A DNA stretch of 64,000 nucleotides, taken from contig NC_083281.1 in the NCBI RefSeq assembly GCF_963506605.1, forward strand, positions 1,240,001-1,304,000. The letters run 5' to 3'. This stretch comes from Zootoca vivipara. Taxonomy: Eukaryota. Under the pieces are notes generated by a model. The model had not been told where the DNA came from. It searched no databases and saw only the letters and a list, made by a program, of their open reading frames with translations. Positions 33,553 to 44,800 of this stretch are shown piece after piece (the first letter of the stretch is position 1; each line of letters begins with the position of its first letter). The position numbers and the translations under genes were made by a program.

Positions 33553-34066
33553 GTTCCTCAGGCCGGGAAGCGGCGGCCGAGGCTCGCGATAGGCCGGCGG
33601 GGCTGCCCGTCCGCGGGGTGGAGGAGCTCCCATTGGAGGAAGCCGACAGAACTCCCGCCTCTCGCCAAGGCCCTGGGATCCCATTGGTGCCACGTCAGCC
33701 ACAGCCGTGGGCTCCGACGTCATGACGCGAGGCCGACAGAGAGAGGGAGAGGGCCGCTCTGGTCCTTACGTCATGACTCGCGCGCCGAGAGAGCGAGGGA
33801 GAGGGCCGCTCTTACCGCTACGTCATAACGCGCGCGCCGAGAGAGAGGGAGAGGGAGAGGGAGAGGGAGAGGGAGAGGGAGAGGGCCGCTCTAGCCTAAC
33901 CCGCGTCGCTCTAGCCCGTGCGCGTCCTTGGTGCGGCCTATCCGGCTCCGAAGCGGGGAAGCGGCGCCTGCGAGCTCGCCGAGGCTGCGGCCGGCTCTGA
34001 GAAGCCGGCTGCTGCTGTTGCCCGGGAGGGGTCGCCTGTGGGCCTTCCCCCCCTCCGCCCCTCGCC
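33553..34066. promoter_or_regulatory. Bidirectional CpG promoter RAB8A/AP1M1
   Basis: 514 bp between divergent ATGs; ATTGG boxes at about 33632 and 33683, GCCACGTCA at about 33689, three tandem units carrying ACGTCAT(G/A)AC, and a (GGGAGA)n run. Confidence 0.85.
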
Positions 34067-35519
34067 ATGTCCGCCAGCGCCGTTTACGTGCTGGACCTCA
34101 AAGGGAAGGTGAGCCTCTCTGGACAGGAGCAGTCTACCCGCCTCCGCCTGACAGGCCGCCGACTTCCGGGAAAGCGCGGGGGGGGGGAGAGGGCCGAGTA
34201 GGGGGGTTCCCTTGAGTGGGTGTAGGCTTTACCTGGGGGCCGGGGAGGGGGGTGCCCTCCAATGCGCCCTGCCCCTCCCCCCACAGCCCCCCACGGCTCC
34301 TTCCACCCCCTCCTCCTGAGTCCTGCCCCCCCCAAGGGATGAGCAGAGGAAAAGAGAATGGAGCCTCCCTAGCCAGGAGCAGCAACCCACCAGCCCAGGA
34401 CTCGGAAGGCAGCCCTGTCATGTTTGAAAGGCTTGACGTTTGGTTACCTCTCTGTGTGTATGTATAAATTGTTTAGTCGTTTAGTCATGTCCGACTCTTC
34501 GTGACCCCATGGACCATAGCACGCCAGGCACTCCTGTCTTCCACTGCCTCCCGCAGTTTGGTCAGACTCATGTTCGTAGCTTCGAGAACACTGTCCAACC
34601 ATCTCGCCCTCTGTCGTCCCCTTCTCCTAGTGCCCTCAATCTTTCCCAACATCAAGGTCTTTTCCAGGGAGTCTTCTCTTCTCATGAGGTGGCCAAAGTA
34701 TTGGAGCCTCAGCTTCACGATCTGTCCTTCCAGGGAGCACTCAGGGCTGATTTCCTTCAGAATGGATAGGTTTGATCTTCTTGCAGTCCATGGGACTCTC
34801 AAGAGTCTCCTCCAGCACCATAATTCAAAAGCATCCATTCTCCGGCGATCAGCCTTCTTTATGGTCCAGCTCTCACTTCCATACATCACTACTGGGAAAG
34901 CCAGTAGCTAAAAAAGCCAATGCAATTCTGGGCTGCATCAATAGGAGTATAGCATCTAGATCAAGGGAAGTAATAGTACCACTGTATTCTGCTCTGGTCA
35001 GACCTCACCTGGAGTACTGTGTCCAGTTCTGGGCACCACAGTTCAAGAAGGATACTGATAAGCTGGAACGTGTCCAGAAGAGGGCAACCAAAATGGTCAA
35101 AGGCCTGGAAACGATGCCTTATGAGGAACGGCTTAGGGAGCTGGTTATGTTTAGCCTGGAGAAGAGAAGGGTAAGGGGTGATATGATAACCATGTTCAAA
35201 TATATAAAAGGATGTCATATAGAGGAGGGAGAAAGGTTGTTTTCTGCTGCTCCAGAGAAGCGGACACGGAGCAACGGATTCAAACTACAAGAAAGAAGAT
35301 TCCACCTAAACATTAGGAAGAACTTCCTGACAGTAAGAGCTGTTCGGCAGTGGGATTTGCTGCCAAGGAGTGTGGTGGAGTCTCCTTCTTTGGAGGTCTT
35401 TAAGCAGAGGCTTGACAGCCATCTGTCAGGAATGCTTTGATGGTGTTTCCTGCTTGGCAGGGGGTTGGACTGGATGGCCCTTGTGGTCTCTTCCAACTCT
35501 ATGATTCTATGATTCTATG

Positions 35520-35592
<73 letters not shown>

Positions 35593-35703
35593 AGGTAGGT
35601 AGCTGTGTTGGTCTGCCATAGTTGAAACAAAATAAAAAAAATCCTTCCAGTAGCACCTTAGAGACCAACTAAGTTTGTCTCTAAGGTGCTACTGGAAGGA
35701 ATT

Positions 35704-35743
<40 letters not shown>

Positions 35744-36309
35744 CCCCAGAGTGGCTGGGGAAGGGCTGACAGATGGGTGGGTTGAAATAATAACATTAGG
35801 ATGATACGGGGTCGGAAGCTGCCCTGGGGTGGCTGGGGTATAAATAATAATAAAATAATATCAAAATAATAAAAATTAAAACAATAATAAGGCAACCAGG
35901 GAGTTAGGTGGCTGTAATACTAATTATTATTATTATTATTATTATTAATGATCAGGGAGTCATCTGGCTGGGGTATAAATATTAATACTTATTGTTAGTG
36001 GCCAGGGAGTTAGCTGGATGGGGTACTAATATTATTGTTATTAATACTTATTATTATTGTCAACCAGGGAGTTAGGTGGGAGTTAGCTTCCTGGGGAAGG
36101 CTCTGCTGGTCACTGGAAAGGGGCTGCCTTTTTTATGCAAAAGGAACAACACAGCCTGCAGATTTCTGGCCCTGGCCCCTTCCGAATGCAGGAAGCTTTC
36201 TGGGCCTCGGACATAGGTGCGGTGCTTTTGCTGCAGGTGACAATTCCTGGGTGTGACCGAACAGTGGCAACGTCATGGTTTAGACTTCTCTTCAAGCTGC
36301 TGAAGATTA

Positions 36310-36340
<31 letters not shown>

Positions 36341-39300
36341 GCCCAAAACACCCCACACTCTCCTGCCGATTTCAGGTCCTCATCTGCAGAAATTACCGTG
36401 GCGATGTGGACATGTCAGAAGTGGAGCATTTTATGCCGATCCTCATGGAGAAGGAAGAGGAAGGGACTCTGTCTCCTATCCTGGCCCACGGAGGCGTCCG
36501 ATTTATGTGGATCAAACACAACAACTTATATCGTATCCTTTGCCAAAGCAAAATGTGCACTTACAAGTTCTTATGCAGAGGAGGGCCGCTTCACGATACA
36601 AGGCAGATGGTTGCTATGAAGGAGTTGGGCCTTCTCAGTGGTGGCCCCCACCTTCCCAACATGCCCTTGTTATAAGAATTCTAAGGTCCCAAATATAAAA
36701 TACCGTATTTTTCCGTGTATAACACCCCCCACACCCCGTGTATAAGACGCCTCCTATTTTGGGGGACTCAAATTTAAGAAAACAGAAGGAAATTGTGCAG
36801 AGTTGTTGAGTGTTTTGGGGGAACTAAAGTATTAACCATCACAAAAGAACGACCAGGCTGCCTCCTTCTGTGATGTATGTATGATGTTTCAGGGGGTGGT
36901 CTTGGGCTACAGGGACGTGGGTGGCGATGTGGGTTAAACCACAGAGCCTAGGGCTTGCCGATCAGGTCAGCGGTTTGAATCCCCGCGACAGGGAGAGCTC
37001 CCGTTGCTTGGTCCCAGCTCCTGCCAACCTAGCAGTTTGAAAGCACGTCAAAGTGCAAGTAGATAAATAGGTACCACTTTGGCGGGAAGTAAATGGCGTT
37101 TCCATGTGCTGCTCTGGTTCGCCAGAAGCGGCTTAGTCATGCTGGCCACATGACCTGGAACCTGTACGCCGGCTCCCTCGGCCAATAAAGCGAGATGAGC
37201 GCCGCAACCCCAGAGTCGGTCACGACTGGACCTAATGGTCAGGGGTCCCTTTACCTTTACCTTTACTTGGGCTACAGGGTGGGCAATTTCAAAAGTATAT
37301 ATAAAGAGCTTGCACACCAATGTTCAGGGCTCTCTCCTCCCTCCTGTGTGTGGTGAGTGGGGACCTTTAATAAAGATCAGTCTTTCTATAGCTGCTTTGC
37401 TTCTCAATATACTCAGCTTCGCCTCTGTTATTTTCTCCTCCCAATAGGGAACCCACAAGGACTCTAGACGGGCTCTTGGATACCCCATAAGGGAAAGGGA
37501 GCAGGTTTTTTAAAATAGCACCCTCCAGTTCAGGAGGTGGAAGCAAGTAGTTCCTTTTATACATCCTTGGAAGACCTACTTTTAAATTTTGTAAGTAAAT
37601 AACTTAAATATCTGTCTTGCCAGTCACTCGCACCTCCCATTGGAGAAGGAGGAGAAGTCTGTTTTCCCAGTCAGACTTTCCCTGGAAGGGTGGGGAAGAG
37701 TTGCTCAGATTTGCTCCCCCTTTTGGTCCCCTATGTTTAAATCTGGTCAGTGTCAGGAAAAGTCTGCTGTGCATCATCCCTGGTATATTTCACACGGTTA
37801 AGTTTAGCATTATTATCAGCCTTGTGGCGTTTTGTCGACAGGGAGGCAAGTTTGCAAAGCAAAGCGAATAAAATGTACTGGTAAAAGAAATACAGAGAAT
37901 TGGCAACTTGAAAACCTGCAAATGTGTTTCTTGATGCTCTCCCCCCACCCTTTTAAGCGACAAGCTCCTCAACACAGCCCCCCTCCCAGTGGTTGCCACC
38001 TCTAAGAAGAACGCCTGTGTCTCTCTGGTGTTTTCCTTCCTCTACAAGGTTGTTCAGGTGAGTGTGGCAATTACGATGTTCCTGCAGATGTACCGAGTCA
38101 GACATGCTGAGCCCCTGAGATTTTCCCCCCATGTCGATTTTGTCATGCCCTTGGGTGAAGAAGCCTAATACAGTAGTCCCTTGGTTCTCAAACACCTCTG
38201 TACTCAAACAACTTGGAACCCAAACACTGCAAACCCGGAAGTAGGTGTTCCAGTAGGCGAACTTATTTCGGAAGCCGGACATGCTCCGTTTTGAGTGTTA
38301 CGCATTTTTGCTATTTATTTTGCCTTTTTTTGCGGCTCCTTATTGTTTTGTTTTGTTTGTTGTGGTTGTGTGGAACCCAGTTCAACTACTGGTTGATTGA
38401 TTGTGTGACTGCAGTACATTGTTTATTGCTTTCATTTTATGGATTAGTGGTCTCGTTAGATAGTGGAATTCATGTTCAATTGCTGTTTTAGGGGTTGTTT
38501 TTAAAAGTCTGGAACAGATTAATACCGTACATTTTGCATTACTTTCTATGGGAAAGCATGCCTTGGTTTTGGAACGCACTTCCGGAACGGATTAAGTTTG
38601 AGAACCAAGGGACCACTGTACAGGATTGAATCAACAGCGAGGCAGGAATCGGGGGATGGTGGTCGAATGCGTTTCCCACCTTTCCAGCATTAGCAGTTTC
38701 AAAGGTTGTGAACAACCTTTTTTTTATTTGAGGAGACCTACTACCTGCCACAGGGACGCAGGTGGCGCTGTGGGCTAAACCACTGAGCCTCGGGCTTGCC
38801 GATCAGAAGGTCGGTGGTTCGAATACCTGCAACAGGGTGAGCTCCTGTCGCTCGGTCCCAACTCCTGCCATCCTAGCAGTTCGAAAGCACGTCAAAGTGC
38901 AAGTAGATAAATAGGTACCACTCTGGCAGGAAGGTAAACGGCGTTTCCGTGCGCTGCTCTGGTTCGCCATAAGCGGCTTTGTCATGCTGGCCACATGACC
39001 TGGAAGCTGTACGCCGGCTCCCTCGGCCAATAAAGCGAGATGAGCGCTGCAACCCCAGAGTCGTCCACGACTGGAACTAACGGGTTGGGGTCCCTTTACC
39101 TTTACTACCTGCCACTTTAACATTTGGTCCTGGGGGGCCTCGTGCTCTTTCCTGGCCGTTTCAGGTGTTTTCCGAGTATTTCAAAGAGCTGGAGGAAGAG
39201 AGCATCCGGGACAACTTTGTGATCATTTACGAACTCTTAGACGAGCTGATGGATTTTGGATACCCGCAGACCACGGACAGCAAGATTTTACAAGAGTAAG

Positions 39301-41852
39301 TGTCTGGTCTGAATGGCTGAGAGAAGCAGTCAGAGACTCAAAATTGGCTGCTGAAATCTTGGCAGGAGAGGAGAGAGTCGCTACCGGCGGGTGGCGGGCC
39401 TTTTCTGCAGTGGCTCCCCAACTTGCAAATGTCTGAGCTGAGTGTCAGGAGCTGCTGCTTTGTAGACTGAGTTGAGAGACACAAGTCGGGGTTTGAGGGA
39501 GAAGAGATTGGTGGTGTGTAGCCCTGTCTGGCCTCGTTGGACTAGGCTTAAATCTCTCCGTCATTTTCCGGCAGGCTGGGTGGGGAATCGGTCAGTTTTC
39601 AGCATGGGTAGGCAAACGAAGGCCCGGGGGCGGGATCCGGCCCAATCGCCTTCTCAATCCAGCCCGCAGACGGTTCGGGAATCAGCGTGTTTTTACATGA
39701 GTAAAATGTGTCTTTTTATTTAAAATGCATCTCTGGGTTATTTGTGGGACCTGCCTGGTGTTTTTACATGAGTCGAATGTGTTCTTTTATTTAAAATGCA
39801 TCTCTGGGTTATTTGTGGGGCATAGGAATTCGTTCATCCCCCCCCCCAAAAAAATATAGTCCGGCCCCCCACAAGGTCTGAGGGACAGTGGACCAGCCCC
39901 CCACTGAAAAAGTTTGCTGACCCCTGGTTTTAAGCATGTCTCCAGGGCTGAAATGTCCAGAGCCTTGCATTTTGACTTCCTGCTTGTGTTTGGAAAGGTA
40001 TATAACCCAAGAAGGTCACAAGCTGGAGACGGGAGCACCACGCCCTCCGGCCACCGTCACCAACGCCGTGTCTTGGCGTTCGGAAGGGATCAAGTACCGG
40101 AAAAACGAGGTCTTCTTGGACGTCATCGAATCGGTCAACCTCTTGGTGAGTACGCTTTTCTGCTTACAGGCTTTCGGAGGAAGCTGCCTTAGGCTTGTAG
40201 GGCATGGTGGCGTTACAAGAGCCCCCCCCCCCCGGGAGGACGTGCACCCCCTATGGCCTGCACAAAGATGACTAGAGAAAGAGAGCCCACTGCCCCCCCT
40301 CAGCCCTCGCCAAATCTCCCTTCCTTCTAAGAACAGCGTTCAAAATTAGACACCTTCACTATCGTCTGCTTGATGACCAAGTGAAGATGCCTGCGGTCTG
40401 GACTGTTTTCGCACGCTTAGCGCCCCACCCTGTAGAATTATGTCCGCTATATTTTATCTGCACAGCCTGGGATCAATTTCTGGAACTGAAATGCTTTTCC
40501 TGCGCAGCCTGAGCTGGCAAGTTCGATAATGTCAACCGTGAGATGGTTGAAGGACGAGGAAACCCTTCTGATCCGGCGGCCTGGAAGCTGCCCACTTAAC
40601 CTCCGTGTTGCGGGGTGGGGCAGGGGCTGGAGACCTTCCTTGCGTCTGTTCTTGCCTCCCCACACTCTCTTGATCTGTCTATACCCCTCGGTCATTGCCT
40701 GAGATGTTACCATCGGCCGGCAGGCCTCAAAAAGTGGCCTCCTGTGGCTGGTCAGTGCCTTGTCGGTCGCCGTCCAGTGACCCCCCTCCCTCCCACCCCC
40801 AGGTGAGCGCCAATGGGAACGTTCTGCGCAGCGAGATCGTGGGCTCCATTAAAATGAGGGTCTTCCTCTCCGGGATGCCGGAACTCCGCCTGGGCTTAAA
40901 TGACAAAGTCCTCTTCGACAACACTGGCCGTGAGTATGTCTGCGGTGGCTCCCAAAATGTTTCGGGTTCTTTCCTTGCCTCTTTGAGGAACTCGCCCTTC
41001 GCGGGGAGAGAGCTGGGTCGGGTTAGGGGTTAGTTGGCAAAGGACAGCTGGACATAGAAAGGACCCCATGACCTTCAGGAGCTGAGGGCCGCATCAGACC
41101 TGAATCTGGCCCTGGAGTGCAGGGAAGGGACCCCATTCCATAACCTCCCCCAGGACGCTTGCTCCTTTTTCTAGGAGGGAGAACTCCGTGTTTCTCGCTT
41201 CTGCTCAGTGAAGAAAGCAGGTCACGGGAGAAGTCACTGTTGCCTTTCACCCTGGAGAATGTCGCCCCCCGGGGGCGGCGACTTTGGCGCAGAGAGGTTC
41301 CTCTTCCTCTGCTGGGTTTTCACCTGCTGCCCAGGCACGGGTTCCCTGCAATTCCATGGTTCTGTTTTTTGAACCGTGGTTCTGTATATAAAAAGCATTC
41401 CAACGCCCTCTGCGAAGGACAGGGATAAAACTCTCCTGCCGAAAAGGCTTGTTGGAAACGGAGGGTGCTCAGCAGGGCAATGGGAGCTGCGTTTTCTGCT
41501 TCTACATTGGCTCCCAGGACGTTTCTGAGCACAATTCAAAGGGTTGGTGCTGACCTTGAAAGCCCTAAACGGCCTCAGCCCAGTCGACCTGAAGGAGCGT
41601 CTCCACTCCATCTCCCAAGGGCCTTTTGGCAGTTCCCTCCCTGCGAGAAGCAAGGTTGCAGGGAACCAGGCAGAGGGCCTTCTCGGTGGTGGCACCCTCC
41701 CATCAAATGTCAAGGAAATAAACAACGATCTGACTTTTAGAAGACATCTGAAAGCAGCCCTGTTTAGGGAAACTTTTGATGTTTTATCGTGTTTTTAATG
41801 TTTTGTTGGGAGCAGCCCAGAGTGGCTGGGGAAACCAAGGCAGATGGGCGAG

Positions 41853-41899
<47 letters not shown>

Positions 41900-44800
41900 T
41901 GTTATTATTACTTTCCCACCAGGAGGCAAAAGCAAATCAGTGGAACTGGAGGATGTGAAGTTCCACCAGTGTGTCCGTCTCTCTCGCTTTGAAAACGACA
42001 GGACTATTTCGTTCATCCCACCCGATGGCGAGTTTGAGCTCATGTCTTATCGCCTGAACACTCACGTGAGTCTGTGTTAATCCAAGGGCAGGAGCAACCC
42101 CCCTCCTTACGCCTCCCCCGCTCCTTTCTGTTGCTTTCTTCTTCTTGGGTGTTTCCCAAACTTGGGTCTCCAGCTTCTTTGGGACAACAATTTGGCCCCA
42201 GTAGACCTGAAGGAGCGTCTCCACTCCCATCATCCATCCATCCACTGAGGTCCAGCTCCGAGGGCCTTCTGGCGGTTCCTTCCCTGCGAGAAGCGAGGTT
42301 ACAGGGAACCAGGCAGAGGGCCTTCTCGGTGGTGGCGCCCGCCCTGTGGAACGCCCTCCCGTCAGATGTCAAAGAAATAAATAATCTGACTTTTAGAAGA
42401 TATCTGAAGGCAGCCCTTTTTTAATGGAAGCTTTTAATGTTTGATGTTTTATTGTGCTTTTAATATTCTGTTGGGAGCCGCCCAGAGTGGCTGCGGAAAC
42501 CCAACCAGATGGGTGGGGTATAAATAATAAATTATTATTGTTATCATTATGCTAGACCTTCCATGCAAAGTCCTCTCCCAAATTATTGGCCTGGTTGCCA
42601 ACCCAGAGAGTGACCCCTCCTCTCCGCAGCCGCCATTTCAGGGGGCTTCCTGCTGTTTCACTCGCGGTACCTATCCTGACTGAGCAGGCTCCTGACGCAC
42701 CTTTTCTCTCCTCGCCCGCAGGTGAAACCCCTGATCTGGATCGAGTCGGTCATAGAGAAGCATTCCCACAGCCGCATAGAGTATATGATCAAGGTGAGTG
42801 GGACCCTCCCTCTCTTTCTTTTGGGGTGACTGGAACTCACAATGGAAATTCCACGTTGCAAGAATTTAATTTACCCTTTGTAAATTCTGTTATACTCTTT
42901 GGTTCTTTTGGGTTGATTGCAATTTCCCTTTTCGAAACTAATAAAGTAATATGCGGGGGGCGGGACAAAACATGAGACTTCCGATTCTCCTTTGCGCTCT
43001 GCTCTTTCTTAGGCCAAGAGCCAGTTCAAGCGCAGGTCGACGGCCAACAACGTGGAAATCCACATCCCTGTCCCGAACGACGCGGATTCGCCAAAGTTCA
43101 AAACCACCGTCGGGAGCGTGAAGTGGGTGCCCGAGAACAGCGCCATCGTCTGGTCGGTCAAGTCTTTCCCGGTAAGACCGCCTGGGTTTTTGGGGTGCAG
43201 AGCTGGTTTTAGGTTTGATGAGGCCCTAACTTACTGAAGGTAATGGGGCCCTTTCTATGTCCAGCTCTCCTTCGTCAACAACAAATTGCTGCTGTTTTGA
43301 ATATATGCTATAATATGGTCATTTGTGGACCCAATAGGTATCAAGCCATTTGCAAATGTGGCCCTGCAACCAGTCCATGCAGAATGATATAGAAAGGAGC
43401 AAACCAGGGATATTTTAGGGAGCAGGCGAGCAGGCAGGGCCCATGACTTACATCACAGGAGCCTACACAACACAACACAAAACAAAACACAGTTGCTGGA
43501 TGTAGGTTTTATTTTATTGGTTTTTTATCTTAATTTTGGAAATGTACATCCAGGTTTTTCCCCCTTTAATTTTTTTGGGGGCCCCCAAGAGAGTGGGGCC
43601 CTAAGCTAGAGCTTGTTTAGCTTAGACGTAAATCTGGCACTGTTGGGGTGTCTGGAAAGAGGGGAAAAACCTGACCGTGGAGAGAGGAGATCGAGTCGGT
43701 TTGGGGACCTGACTGTGGCACCTCGGAAGTCGACTTCCAAAATGTTCAAGAAACCAGGCACGGCTTCCGATTGGCTGCTGGGAGCTCCTGCAACCAACTG
43801 GAAGCTGTGGAATCTGCGTTGGACGTTCGGGTTTGCCTCGCTCGACTGGGAACAGGGAATTTGCTGAGGATCTTGGGGTCAGGATGAAAAGGAGAAGGCA
43901 GCCTTCCTAGTCTAGCCTGGCTCTCCCCATTCTCCGAGGGGGTTTATAAATGGTTCCCAGCAGAACTCAGGGAAGGGAGGTGTGAGCCCTGACTTGTTTC
44001 CTTTCCCCGCAGGGAGGGAAGGAGTACTTGATGCGAGCTCACTTTGGGCTCCCCAGCGTGGAAGCAGAGGACAAAGAGGGGAAGCCGCCCATCAGCGTTA
44101 AGTTCGAAATCCCCTACTTCACAACTTCCGGCATCCAGGTGATAAGCTCTTCGTTGCCGGGGGGGGATGGGACAGTGGGGGGCTGCTGTGCACACGCCCC
44201 GGCGGTGAGCACTGTGAAGATGGGGTGGGTGGGGGCAGACTAAGCAAGCCATCGCTCCAATCTCGCAGTTTCTTACTTTGGCCGTCATGTTCGCTAATAC
44301 TATAAAGTTCTGTTAATTTATACAACCATTGATAGGAACGTTTTTGCCTGGCGTATAATGAAGGCGCCAGGCGAACTTCCCCGGGGAGAGTATTCCACAA
44401 ACAGGGAGCCACTGCAGAGAAGGCCTTGCTCTTGTGTTGTCACCCTCCGGACCTCTCGAGGAGGAGGCACACGAAGGAGGGCCTCGGAAGATGATCTCAG
44501 GGTCCGGGTAGGTTCATTTGGAGAGAGGAAGTGACTCGCTCTGCTTTTCTCCCTCCTCGCACAGGTACGCTACTTGAAGATAATTGAGAAGAGCGGCTAC
44601 CAGGCCCTACCTTGGGTCCGCTACATCACTCAGAACGGAGGTAGGTGGAGAGGCGCCTTGACCTGTGCCCATGGCACGTGTTCTTCCCCCTCCTTGCACC
44701 TGGAAAGGGGTAACAGGCTGGGGCAGGGCTTGCCTTGTTGGTGTTGCAAAGGCATGTGTGAATGGCAGTGGGGAACAGGAGGGTCTGGGGCTTGCGAAGC

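Larger units (their letters stand above)
36533..37989 (+). other. U12-type (minor spliceosome) GT-AG intron, AP1M1 intron 2
   Basis: 5' site GTATCCTTTG; branch-site-like CTCCTCAAC at 37965-37973 about 17 nt upstream of the AG; short pyrimidine tract. Confidence 0.85.

Noticed and set aside
34772-35440. 222-aa ORF as a novel gene
   Set aside because: Antisense Bov-B sequence running into a CR1 ORF2 C-terminus; no promoter or RT domain.
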